Below, in pieces: positions 1 to 12,870 of a DNA stretch of 64,000 nucleotides. A model generated the notes under the pieces. The model was given only the letters and a program-made list of their open reading frames with translations, was not told the DNA's origin and ran no database searches. The translations under genes were made by a program, and so were the position numbers. Source of the DNA: Guillardia theta CCMP2712 (taxonomy: Eukaryota; Protista; Cryptophyta); NCBI RefSeq assembly GCF_000315625.1, contig NW_005434573.1:154408-218407 (forward strand). Reading direction: 5' to 3'. The stretch's first letter is position 1. Every line of letters begins with the position of its first letter.

Positions 1-2818
1 TCTTGCCATTCTTTGACACTGCCAGCGTTTTCCCCGCACGCGCCGCTTTTGTCGCCTTCCTCGCTTTGGATCCAGAATCGCTCAGTGCCCCAGTGTATGC
101 TATGCACGACAAATGAGCAAATGGAATCGCTCTACCACTCGAAAATCGCCTCACCTCTAAACGACCATTGCTGCTGGAGCTTCCAGGCCAGTATATGATC
201 ACGCGCGGCAAGACAACTCTGTCTCTGAACTCGCCCAGACTTGCTTATCGTGTTGGACGAGTTGACATCACTGATGTCAAACAATGTTAGAGCCATATCA
301 TAATGAAGCTTCTATATGCTTTCGCGTTACGATATCAGCTTGCAAAATCCATCTGATGCAGGATACATAAACATTTGGTCATGCGCACCTTGAATTCGCT
401 GCATCTTTGGCTTCTTCGTGGCCAGGGTGGTCTACTGTTAACCGCGGTTCAGAGCGGGTACATTTCTTGCAAGGGAGACGATACCATCCATTTTCTCAGT
501 TGCAGCAACCATCACGATCGAATAAAACCCATACGCATAACAGCCCTCGCTCCTTCACAATCCTCGGTCGCTGATGGCAGGGTCAGTTGCTTTTTGTGAA
601 AGGTCAACCGAGCTTCATCATGGCATGAGCCAAAAACTAACAGACCCCCAACCCAACTTGCTCAAATCATGGATGTATACATTATTCAGCATTTGCAAAG
701 AGAATCGCTTGTGCATGAGCTAACAATCTTCTGACATGGATCATGTCATTCATCTTTACTACACCATTTCGCATATTTCCACCTCGAAAGCACACCGGAG
801 CAAAAACCAAAGCATATGCATCAAACAACAATTAAAACATGGCAATGTTGAACAATCTCAATAGTTTCTGATAAAATAAGCACTGCGACAGGTTGTAGAG
901 CAACGAGACCAATCAACATTGAATGTTGACTTCTGCAACAAACTCTTCTTCCATGCTTGCATGTTTGCACAGAGAAGGAATGTGTTGTGCAAAGTCACAC
1001 AAGACAAGAATGAAATCTATCACAGAGCATCGTTAGAAGCACATTCCATGCAAAAATTCATCAGTGACTCATCTTCTAACCCCCTTCCCCCTCCTCTTCG
1101 CCTTATTCCAGCCATCCCTGTCCGCTCCTCTCTCGCGCTCCTCCGCGGCCACACGAGGGGCTACCCCCCACCCTCACCCCCACCCCCTCACCTTCTGAAC
1201 ACTACCCCACATTCATATGCATGATGACCCCTCGGTAGTCACACTTTCGCCCCTATCGTACCCACCCCTGCAGCTGTCAAATGCAGGGTGGTAATCGGGG
1301 TACAAAAACGTACAAAGGTTGGAGCCCTGGATAATCAAACCACCCCTTGTCTATCCTTTACCACCCCACCCCCTCAAGGACCTGGAGGACTTCTAAAACT
1401 CAAACTCATCGAAAATTGAAAATAGTTTTACGTATAGAATAATTTTAAAATGGAGGGGTGGGTATTAATATTTTAGTTACTAATGGAATATCGACAAATG
1501 CGATACAAACTACAATGGATTTGAGGATTCGTTGATACTTCAAATGTTTCCATAAATATTTCAAGTTAACAGTCATGTATTCACCCGTTTTTCAAATGGA
1601 AGGCTTCTTCAGCTCGGCATGATCCGAGGCGGGCTGATCGCGCATCCATCGGCATCCACAAACCTCTCTATACCCCCTTTCCCATACCCACCCCACCCCC
1701 TCCATGTGCATCATTCAACTTCAGATACACTCCAGCCCCTCGAACCACCCCCACCCTCACCCACTACTCTTTCACCCTCCAAGCACCCCCGCTCCGATCT
1801 GAGCCTCGTGCGCCACTCCAGTACTATCTGTGGGCTTCGAGATTTTTTTTTGTTTTTTCAATTTTTTTTCTCCTCTGCAGCCGCGACCCTTCCACTTAAA
1901 AAAAAACTTTTTTCAACCCCTACCCTTAAGATCTCCCTGCAGATTGATACACCGGATCCCACCCCCCTATCTTAACCTTACTAGCAGGGGTGGTAATTAT
2001 GACCCCCACCCCACGGACTTCAAGGTTAAACGCCAGTTGTCGTGTATCTCGTGATGCTTTCTGATAGAGAGGGTTCAGACCCCATGAAAATAAGTCAAAT
2101 AATAGGATGGGAAGTGGGAATGGGGTAGGAGAGCCTGATGTGGAATAGGCCTGTGACCTTTTCAGCAGTACCATAATAATTATTCAACTTCAAAATTGTG
2201 GGGTACGGGGTGATACCCTTGTGGCTCCCTGGCAGAGGAAAGGGGGGAAGAAGACGAACAGAAGCGCCGGGGCAGCAACAGAGCAGGAGAAGCGAGGGGG
2301 GGGAGGGGGGCTGTCCATGGGAAGGCATGAAATCAGCGGCATGCAGGATCATGATGAAATTTCTCATTGATCAACGATCATGAACTGCTCGATAGGGTGC
2401 GGGTGTGTGTTGAGCACAAGAAGGAGCACGAAGATGGAAGAGATGGGAAACGGCTGGTTGAGATACATCGCTTTCACCATGGACAGGCTGTAGAGAGCAA
2501 GAGAGTGAAAGGTATATTTGAGTGCACTTCATGTGAGACCCAGTTAGAAATACCAAACATGCATAGAAGAACATCAGCATAGTTGGAAGATGTATCATGA
2601 TTGTGAAGAAACATGGCAGGTAATCAGTCGTAAAAGAATAGCATGAGAGTCTCATAAGATAAAGATGTGTATTAAGAGGATATCAAGCCGGAATTCATTG
2701 CAGCAACAAAAGAATAGTTGACGAGGGTCATTGTTTGGACATGATTTTACCTACATATCTCATTTTATCGAGGTTGTGACCCGAGGTGTCCAGGCAGGCT
2801 CAAGAGTCAAATCGCAGA

Positions 2819-5800
2819 TCAGGCAGGAGGAGGTTTCTTTGGGAATGTGTCGATGAGAGAACGAAGAATTTCGTTCTTCATTTATTCGAGACATACAAGA
2901 TGTTTAGGACAGGGTATCACATTGAATTTTCACAATCGCTTCCAGGGCTCATCTAATTGATCTGCAACATCACGCAAAGTTAACGACTGAATACACGAAT
3001 TGCTTGCAAAGGCTCCCACCTCCGAGTCATTCGATATGCTGTTCGACGAGTACTTCTGAGCTGTTATGCCAACGTCCATCTCGATCCCCATCGTGCGCAA
3101 AACTTCGATGTCCTTGTCGTTCTTGAGGGCTTTTATGACTCCCTGACTCCATCAGTCAGCAATGTTCATAGTAGATGAGGACAGGCGTTGCCTGAATCCT
3201 GGATTCGTTTGAGAACCCCTTCAAGGTACTCATGATCTGGAAGCATTTGCCAGTCTTCTTCCTCACATTCGCCACCTGCCCTTACATGAGTGTGTGCGAT
3301 GCAAACTTGAACAGCATCACACGTACCTTGTCCTCAGCGAGAGGCATCAAATGATTCAAGAAATCATTTTCAAATGTCTGCAGGAGTTGCAGCTCTGTCA
3401 AGGGCTACTGCACCTGCAAGCATGAGCCTTACCTTGACTTTCAAAGCTGCCGAAGAAAGGAGCACCCCGCACATCTGAGCGAACATGAGCCGATGCTGGA
3501 AGGATCGGTCGGTCGCAAGGTCGTGCAGCTCTTCCATAAACTCGTCTGATCCAAACATGAGCATTCTCACTCGCAGCCAACAATGTCTTGACAGACCTCG
3601 CCAATCCACCTTGAGCTCATCGATGCGGTCCAATATTGCATCGATCTGGTTGCAAGATGCGTTTCGGACCTGAGCCTAGTCACAAGATGTCTACCAGCAT
3701 TCAAGCCCGCAACCTCTGCCACAGGGTCCCGACAGAGCTTCATGAACATCGGATAAAGCTCGTTCTTTCCATCAAGGTCAGCAAGGCAAGGATCAAAGGT
3801 TTGAAGTACACCTTAACAATTTCTTCTTCGTACAGTTTGAAAAGTTCCCCTAGTTGCTGCGCAAGCAGAAGTCGAAACCTCCAGCTTTCCAACAAACATC
3901 AGGTGGCCATGAACAAACTCGGAATCAAAATACTTGTAGGTCTCCATCTCTATATTGCAGAGCACAGAAACGTACTTCTCTCGCATGCTTGGATCGAGCA
4001 CTCTGAAAAACTTTGCAAGATTCTTGTAGGAAGGGTTACGACCAACATCTGATACCAACAATGAAACCAACCTGAAGCACACCAACTTTGACTTCATCGA
4101 GGTCCTTCGACACCAACATTAGTCGAATTGCAAAACACACGCATCAATTTTCAAGCACCTGCAGGAAAGTATCCAATGCTGGCAGCAAAGATTCTTGCGT
4201 CAGTTCCGGGCCCAGAATCAGCGCTATCTCGTGAATGCTATATGATAGCGTCCGGCGAACTTTCCATTGAATGTCATTGATGAGCTCATGGTAGGCCTTC
4301 ACCCAAGATACAAAATCAGCACAGCCTGATACTCGCTCTCGTTCCACACCTCTTGTAGGTGAACCCAATTCTCTCTGCCGACTGTCATGACAACAGCAGG
4401 AAAGTTGTATGCACTTTCACACAGTCAAAAATCATGGAGAATAGCAGATAGATTTTGGCACCAGAAGGTTGGCAGATCGTGATCAGCCGTAACTGATTGT
4501 CCCTTTCCAGTTGCCATCGATGAATAATACTGATACAAAGCGTATCAGCGAACGATAAGAATTGGTAGGGTAGGATGACATGTTAGCTGTCACAAATCAC
4601 ATCATTACCTGCAGCAACTTTGGCGTCACTTCTTCAGTTGAGAGTGTGGCAATGAGAGGACCCAAGTGCTGAAATGCAGCATTGCGAACCTGTTAATTTC
4701 GGTAAGCATATTTTGAATTAAAAAACCAAGATCCAGATCCTACCCATCTTGATACATCAGTCGCAAGCTTGTCAAAGAGCGGCAAGATATGCTTTCCCCT
4801 CATTTCGCCTGCTAGCAAGTCAACTCAGAGATAAAATGAGACGGGTCAGGACTTGTTATTGATGCAGCCATGTCAGCAAGACTATCTGCACAAGCCTTTC
4901 TGACTCCCCATATCTCATCATCGGCCAATTTGAGATAAACAGGCAAAAGAACCTGGTCTCATACATTCAAAGGTCTGATCAGCAACGACATCTCAAAAGC
5001 TTTACATCAACGGCATATTCTCTGCTGCCCCACCGACTGACTTTCCCAATGTACAAAGCAGCGGCTTTCCGAACTCGGAACATTGAGTCCTCAGCTAGAT
5101 TGATGACCTTTATGAAGGCAAGCTTCAGATCAATGGGTCAACTAGCATTGAGCAACCTTCGGCCCAACTGAGCTTTTGACCGTCGCATGGCCAAGTTTGA
5201 ACGAGATCTCTGTGTTCAATTCGAGTTACTCGCCTCGCACAAGACGGCCAGTCTCGCATACCCCCTAGCAGCTTCATTCCCGTGATTCGATCGTCTTCCG
5301 ACTCTTGCTGGAGAAGCAATCAGGACGAATCATGTCTCCCAAGAGCAACCAAGTACCTCAACCAGCCCTAGGATGCTATCTAGCATAATGCTTTTCACCA
5401 AGTCTTCGGGAATCAACGATATGTACTCAATGACCCCGTCCTCGGCGACCGCCCTGACCTGCCACCATCCGAGTCTCATCAAGGAAGGCAAACAAGGGGC
5501 AAGGGAAAACTTTACCTGCTGATCCTGATCGATGATGAGCGGGAACGAAACAGACCAGATGCACTCCACGAACTGCTCTACATCGGTCAAGTTCTCCTTC
5601 TCCATGACATTCTTGACGATCGAGGCAAGGTTGGAAGCCAGCGCATCTCGAACGCTGCTCTCGCCATCGTTGAGAATAGCTTGCAACGGCTGCAAGATAA
5701 GTTGCACAACGTCCTGCAATCGCTCGATCAGAGCGTGTGAAGCTTGCTGCGATGATACCGTGATATCAAGGCTGTTAACGAGGTCCGGCAGCCCCCGGAC

Positions 5801-5991
5801 ACACACGAGTCTTCGCAATGGATGTTGACTGGTTACAAAGTTTTGAAACCTCTCCAAATCCGTCCATTCCTCATCGTCAACTTCATCTTCCTCTGCAGCT
5901 TTCGCCGCTTTATCGTCAACGGTCACGAAGCCCTGGACTTCGGTTCAAAAAACCCTGATTTCTGAAGTCATCATAGTACCTCAGTTTCCAT
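2819..5991 (-). CDS. PPP4R1: Serine/threonine-protein phosphatase 4 regulatory subunit 1-like HEAT-repeat protein (multi-exon)
   Basis: Exon translations include QWKVRRTLSYSIHEIALILGPELTQESLLPALDTFL, DWRGLSRH/WRVR-type HEAT motifs, LCRDPVAEV and NDGESSVRDALASNL. Many ~50-bp GT-AG introns. Start (ATG GAA ACT GAG gt.. at 5991) and stop were inferred by eye. Confidence 0.8.
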
Positions 5992-7090
5992 GTCCACTCT
6001 TCTACGGTCCAGGAGCTAACAGAGAAGGCATATGCAGATGATCGTCTCCACACAAGTTCTTGCCGTGCTGAAAAAAAAAAAGGCCTCAGCGAACAAAACA
6101 AAACATCGAGGTATGCGAGATCATCACAAAGAAGCATCAGAGTCCGATAGAGATCAATTATTGAAGTGCCAGACATCCAACGATGGATTTGCGCAGGTCC
6201 TTGAGTTTGATGCAACACAACAAGTGACATCCAAGTATGCTTCCAGGTTTCCTCGTTTCACAGCGAACAAGGTGTCAGGATCTTAGCTCGCAGGGAAGTG
6301 CACGAAAAGATGAACATTGGGAACTTAGAAGCGTCCTGTCCAACTCATTGGCATGTGCCAAGATGGATCTCAGACACGCACAGACAATCGGGCACGTCAC
6401 AGTTGTTGGGTCGGTCATTCCGAAGCACATGGAATGAATTGCAGGAACGTTGAGATCATGGTATGCAGGGATAGCAAGCATGACTATGGAAGAGGAGAAG
6501 AGGAGGAGGAGAGGGATCTCTTGGTAGTCTAGTCTGAGTCCAAGTTCGAAGTGTAAGATCCTCAGGCACCGCCGCGCATCTCCTTCTCCCTCATCTGCCC
6601 CCGTCCTAGCCATGTCGAGAGGAATGGCGGGAAGTGGGTGGGGTACCCCTGCTCTTCTGCCTGACGATTTCCAATAAATGGGGTAGTGAAACACAACGGA
6701 CATGGGATAGGTGGGGTAGTGAAACAGTGGACCTGGTGGGTCCTCATAGTTTGAAGGGGTACTTAAATATATTTGGCGGAGGATAGGAGATAGGGTAGTA
6801 TGGGCTCTGTTCAAATTGACGGGGTGGGTCATTTCATCGAGCATTCATGCACAGGGGGTACATTGGATGGGGTGGTGGGGGTACATGTCACTCGGGGTAC
6901 TGAGTGGTGGGTAGTACCCCGATGCCAATATTCAAAATACCAGTACCGGGTGGAGTTTCATCGGGTGAAAGGGTGGGTAATCAATCGGAGGGGGTACGGG
7001 TAATCAGTTTGAAACTTGACCATGTACCAGGGACTTTTAAGAGGAAATTTTCGATCAAATTTTGGTTGGTCGCCTGAAATTAACCGGCGC

Positions 7091-7190
7091 NNNNNNNNNN
7101 NNNNNNNNNNNNNNNNNNNNNNNNNNNNNNNNNNNNNNNNNNNNNNNNNNNNNNNNNNNNNNNNNNNNNNNNNNNNNNNNNNNNNNNNNN
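7091..7190. other. Assembly gap (100 N)
   Basis: Run of n. Confidence 1.
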
Positions 7191-8276
7191 CCGGCCGCGC
7201 ACGCCGAACCATCTGTCCGAACCGTTCGGGAATTGCCGGCAGCCGTCGTGACCGTGACTCGTGAAGTTGAAGACCTCGGATCATCTGATCATGGCACATA
7301 GCGTTTCCGTTCCGTACCCTTTTCGGATCAGTTAACCAGGGTGGTTCTCGTAGTAGTTTTAGTCAAATTCAAGCGGCAAGAGAAAATTGACCAAAAATGT
7401 TGGCTCCGTCAATTTATGTACCTTTTTCGTTGCCAGGGCTGCCGGCCCATCCAAGACGAGAAGGGCAATGTTGAGCAAAACCTTCCTCTATTTGATATGA
7501 ATAGGCGTGTATAGTTGACTAAATAATCATGAGGAGGCTCGGGGTAGGTATTCAAATGATTTGAATCTTTCCAACGGCCTCCAGCCCGTGTTGAGGGGTA
7601 GGGGGTAGTGCAAACTTCTCGTACAAATCTAAAACACTTGTAGACGACCTCACACTTGCCTCGTCTCTTCCCTATCCCACTACTCCCAATGTACTCAGGG
7701 ACTGTTTGATCAGCTGCTGAGCGCAGTCAAGGACCATGGCCCCTCAATGCTAACTTCTGAAAGTGCAAGGCAAGTACTGAGATCAAACAGCTCAATTCTT
7801 GGCTGAGAATCACACCTATAGTAGGTTGAATGTGTAAGGTATGCATCGAAATTTGCACTTGCGTACCAAAGCACTCATCAGCTATAGGTCATGGTTGATC
7901 ACTTCCAGAAGAAGGGAAACATGAAGGGAACCGATCAGAGAAGCAACCTTCGAAGATATAAAGGAAATTCGATTCTCCTTGTTGTGTTGACGCCCTAGCT
8001 TCCTTTACCTGAAGGCTTCGTCGGTTGAATATGAAACATATTTCAAGAGACTTCCTGTTGCTTTGCCATGATTGCGGTTTGAGAGGCTGGGGGAAGGAGA
8101 GGGGAGGGGTTGGAAGGGAAATGGACGCCTGGGAGGCCAGGCTAGTTGATATGCCTGATCGATGCGAGAGGAGATGCCGGAGGAGAGACTGTTTACTCAA
8201 GACCACTAGCGAGGAAGGCAGGAGGGCGAGGAGGACAAGAGAGGAGAGGAAGGAGAAAGCTACGGGTAGAGACGGT

Positions 8277-9779
8277 TTAGGGTTCAGCACTAACCAGGAA
8301 GGGATGCTTCAGAGCCTCCTCTGCTGTCATTCTCGTGCGAGGATCGATGTCGAGGCAGCGGTTGAGGAAGTCCCAGATCGCATGTTCCTCATCCACCTCC
8401 AGCCAGCCCTTGCATCCCGCATCCGCGCCCAGGGAGCTTGACAAGGTCCGCCATGTTTGCTTCAAACCACGGGCATAGCTGAGATGCAGGTCCAATGGTG
8501 GAATCTGAATGACATCAAATTAGCTTCCTCTGTTGTAGAGGAAGTTATTCAATTTCACGTCTCGATGTATAATCCCGAGGGCATGTACAGAGCGCAAAGC
8601 AACAAACAAATTCTTCATGTAGTGGGCAATCTCGCTCATGGTCAAATCTTTGACGTAAACCGAGGGCCTGTCATGTTCCAAGTATTCAAAAATCAAAGCC
8701 TGCTGCTCCTCGATAAGGATTATCCCATCAGGAGCCAGTGGCGGACATTTCACTATCTGTACAATGTTGGATTTTCCATTCAAGCTCGATATAAACCTTT
8801 GTTCCTCCTTGTACGCATCGAGTCTGTGAAATGGTAACAATCGTTTGATTGCTACTCGGCGACCATTTACCCTGTCGTAGGCCGCATATACCTCCCCGAA
8901 TGTTCCGGATCCAACCATTCTTGTTATGTCAAACTGCTTTTCCACTTCATTGAGAAACCGCATGTCCACTGGGTAGATCATCAGCTCTTCTCGTATTGAG
9001 TTTTTCTTGCGTGCAGTGCCATTGTTGCCTTTGGTCAATGACATGTCCTTGTGTGCACCCTCTTGATCCAGCGATTCATCGCATGCCATGCCATTGTTGC
9101 CTTTGGTCAATGACATGTCCTTGTGTGCACCCTCTTGATCCAGCGATTCATCGCATGCCATGCCATTGTTGCCTTTGGTCAATGACATGTCCTTGTGTGC
9201 ACCCTCTTGATCCAGCGATTCATCGCATGCCATGCCATTGTTGTCTTTGGTCAATGACATGTCCTTGTGTGCACCCTCTTGATCCAGCGATTCATCGCAT
9301 GCCATGCCATTGTTGCCTTTGGTCAATGACATGTCCTTGTGTGCACCCTCTTGATCCAGCGATTCATCGCATGCCATGCCATTGTTGCCTTTGGTCAATG
9401 ACATGTCAGGCCTGTGTTGCAATCCAAGCTGGTGGAAGCTCTGCATCCTCTCTGGTACCTCACCTCTTTCGTCCTCCATACTGTGACGTGCCGGTTGTTC
9501 TTTGTTGTCTTTGGTCAATGACATGTCAGGCCTGTGTTGCAATCCAAGGTTGTGCGCCGGTCCTTCTTCCGTCTTTGCCGGCGTCATGTTAAATTGTTTC
9601 ATACTCCTATTCTTGACTTGACGTGCTGCATTGCTTGCGTTTCGTGCAGATTTTTGTTCCGGGGTTTCCAAACTCCTCTTCTTCTGTTGCCTCAATCTAG
9701 CATTTTTCCTCTTCCGTGCAAGTTTTTCTTCTTCTGTCCCCAACACTTCGTTGCCCTCCTTTTCCACTGTGAAGGGCAT
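8277..9779 (-). pseudogene. CDC7-like Ser/Thr kinase, internally deleted (no DFG/APE), with an N-terminal repeat region
   Basis: GSGTFGEVY, VAIKRL and YMKNLFVALRSVHALGIIHRDVKLNNFLYNR are followed by a stop at 8520. About 100 bp later comes subdomain XI (WDFLNRCLDIDPRTRMTAEEALKHPF). There is no room for subdomains VII-IX. Confidence 0.7.
9017..9406. repeat. 72-bp coding tandem repeat, ~5.4 copies (24 aa: HKDMSLTKGNNGMACDESLDQEGA)
   Basis: Near-identical units attgttgcctttggtcaatgacatgtccttgtgtgcaccctcttgatccagcgattcatcgcatgccatgcc at a 72-bp period. Confidence 0.97.
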
Positions 9780-9785
9780 GCCATG

Positions 9786-9832
9786 CGTGACACACTAATA
9801 GCGTGACACACTAATAGCGTGACACACTAATA
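9786..9832. repeat. 16-bp tandem repeat x3 (gcgtgacacactaata)
   Basis: Directly visible just upstream of the kinase ATG. Confidence 0.95.
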
Positions 9833-10830
9833 AGTCCGACGGTTTCAGGCCATATACACCTTCAAATTTCAAATTTTATCTTTTAGTTTTGATGTCACTG
9901 AAATCAGGTTGTGTGCGGGGATGAGGCCAGGTATCAGTATCCGACTGATCAATGAGCGCCGGGCACCCGTCCGTCGGATCGCTCGGATCAGTCGGATCGG
10001 ACGGTCATGTCTTTGCGGAGACTCGAGTAAGCGGCCGGAGAGACTCTGGTGACGGTTGAACTTCCGAACTTCGAAGGACTCCGAGCCGCTTCGGAGAGAG
10101 CCTCTGGCAGAGAGAAAGAAGATTCGGAGGAAGGAACTCGGAAGCCTCGAAGACTCGTGACTGAGACGGTCCGAGTGACCGTGCGGCTTTGCCAGTCCGG
10201 GCATACTGAGTTATACTGACTCAGTTCAGTTTCCGCGCCACATTCGCCGCCGCGACTTGGAAGCGGGCTCTCGCGGCGGCGCTGTCCGAGGGCCACCGGT
10301 CTGTGCCACAGCGGCGGCCGCCGCCCGGCGGGCGGCGGCCGATGAGAGTCCGGCGCAAATATGACTCAGACAGATAGCCCCGAGTTAACACTGAAAACTC
10401 TCCTGTAAAACCAGATGAACCGTCTTACGTGGCGCTGACTCGGGGCGGCAATGACTCAGTCCGATGAAGTAGTCTGGCATGATAGTCCATACTGTGACTG
10501 TGACCGTACCGTGCCGCTACTTCTGTCGGCGCCGGGCAGTCGAGGCTCACTGACCGTGCTCACGGTGACCGATCTATCTCTCATGTGCTCCTCAATTCTG
10601 CCAGGCCGCTGGTTTCAAAGTTTCGTGTGCATTAAACACGGTCTTGAGCAACAACTGTCTTGTTGCAAACTAGTACTAGTGTCTGGCCATTAAGTCACTT
10701 GGACAAGCGTGACACACTTGAAGGTTTCAGGCCATATACCCCTTCAAATTTCAAATTGTTTCGTGTAGTTTGGAGGTCTCTGAAATCAGGTTGTGAAAAG
10801 GGGCCGGCCTGACCGAGCGGGGATGAGGGT
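9817..10830. repeat. Pair of ~100-bp diverged direct repeats (9817-9927 and 10707-10830) flanking a GC/palindrome-rich insert
   Basis: Both copies read gcgtgacacact..ggtttcaggccatatac.ccttcaaatttcaaatt..tagttt..tgaaatcaggttgtg..gcggggatgagg. Confidence 0.85.
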
Positions 10831-11057
10831 ATCTTTGTGGCAATTCAAATTTTCAGTGAGGTTTCAAATATTTGAGATTTTTGTGACAAATTTTCAAAAT
10901 ATAAATTGAAATATCAAAAATGAAACAGTTCAACATTGAAATTTTCCCGCCTTTTTGTATCATGGAAGACCCTCGCAGAAAAATTACTTTCACCCCTGTG
11001 AACTCTGCGAAGCCGTACAGCTATGAGGATGTGCAGCGATTGACTGAGCAAGACAAG

Positions 11058-12870
11058 TCATGGTGAGCATTTATCTGTTTGTTTTTCTTCGAGATCATCA
11101 CGGGAAGTGATCCAAATGACGTGTTCTTGATGCAGGTACGAAAGATTCGCAGCCTTCGGTAACTTGTATGAGATGGATGACCGGGTGAAGATTGTGGTAA
11201 GTGCCCAACCAATATTACACACCCGTATCCAGGAGTACGTAGACGTACCAGTAAGCCGCCCAGCATACAAAACTCTCGAGATAATGGCTGCATACGAAGG
11301 GGGTTTCGACACATCGCAGAACTGTCCCGATGTGAAAAGGTTGTGACATGAAATGGGCACAAACAAAGATAAGTTCAGGACTCGGGAGTCGATCAGGTCT
11401 AGGCAAGATATTGACATGGTCATCTCACTGCATGGAAGAACATGCAAAACTGAAGGAAAAGCTCAACGGAAAGTTCTAAATGAACAGATACAGCGCATTT
11501 TAGCAGTCACGGTCGGAGCAGCTCGATGCTTGAAACAAAGATGATCCTCAGTACAATCGAATGATGACAAGTAAGTCCCGTGGTTCGTGAAGGATTCTTC
11601 ATCCAATTCTTAAGGATGTGTTGGAACGATGAAACATTTTGCAAATCACCAATTTCATCACACTGACTGATGCATCATGTAAATATTACTGGTGTGAACT
11701 TGCATCAGATTCTGTTCATCGGATGAGCCGCTACCAAGCAGTTGATGTCACAGCAAACAAGAGAGCCGTTTTGAAGATGTTGATATTCCTGACCGTAGAG
11801 CATTCAAGATGTGGCCACATGTCACATGCTTCTTGGTTAACGCAGATACACCCTCGCCAGGCAAAAGATGGAACGTCTTCAGGATTACAGGGAGGTCGGT
11901 TGTGCTTGTACCCTGATTGTAACTCTTCTAATAAAGATATGATAACCTGAATGTGCAATTCTGTTTGTTGATTCACAGTGTTTGCGACTCGATTGCAATC
12001 ATCGAGTGCTTGCTCTGTTGAACAAGGCACTCCTCTGTAGAGCCATGCGACAAGAACACTACAGTTGCACGGTAGCATTGCGACACCAAGACAGGATTGA
12101 TCCGATGAACGTCTCATTTATTGATACGCAAAGGCATCATCTGCACATTGCTTCATTTCTGACTAGGTTTCTGTGCAATCGAAATCCTTGTGAAAATATC
12201 ATGACAGAGGAAAAATTTGAAGCGAAACGGAAAAATCATCGAAATATGATCATAGATATAGTGATTCATGATCAACAACGGTTCTCTACAGTCATCTATG
12301 CGGGCAGGAACAGTCATCTTCTGTGCAAACGTCTCTTCATGTATCGTTGAACGGTTGAGTGCATGTAAGACTTGCCTCCATAGAAAGGTGAAGTGCATGA
12401 ATCCTGACTGTAAGACTAGAAGAATTGAAAGCAAGTGATGACATGAGAACACATATCTAGACAGAAAAGTCGCTCAAGGTACAGCTGGATACAAATTTCT
12501 CACAAATCACAGTCATGCATTTGAGCGCAACGTGCAACCTACGGCAATTTGAATAAAGGGTCAATCAGAGTTGATTCTGTTCAATGGTGTATCGATTATC
12601 AATTCCTTACCTGATCATAAAAATTTCATCTTGTCTTCGAAGAATATTTGCAAGTACACTCGCGGATTGTTTGAACCTAGGGTGCATATTCCATTGCAGG
12701 ATGGATGATTCAAACCTTGGCCCAACCTGTAGAGTTGAGAAAGAAGCTCGATCATCTCTTACAGGTATGATATGAGATCTTCATCTCATTTCTATCTCAG
12801 TTGGGTTGGATTCGAAGTCTCTCAATATCAAAGTTCATCCTGGTGAGTCAGGAAGGCACCATTTCATCGC
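11058..12870 (-). CDS. Hypothetical intron-rich protein
   Basis: Series of minus-strand ORF pieces (11058-11447, 11731-12117, 12153-12452) with plausible splice sites. No recognisable motif. Confidence 0.3.

Noticed and set aside
1-1060. Possible minus-strand gene running off the window start; also small ORFs at 2367-2582, 6030-6500 and 22337-22750
   Set aside because: Coding-like composition, but I could not establish a recognisable motif or reliable exon chain.
8996-9592. Cys/His-rich 198-aa repeat ORF (metallothionein-like)
   Set aside because: Antisense reading of the 72-bp repeat inside the kinase-fragment ORF.
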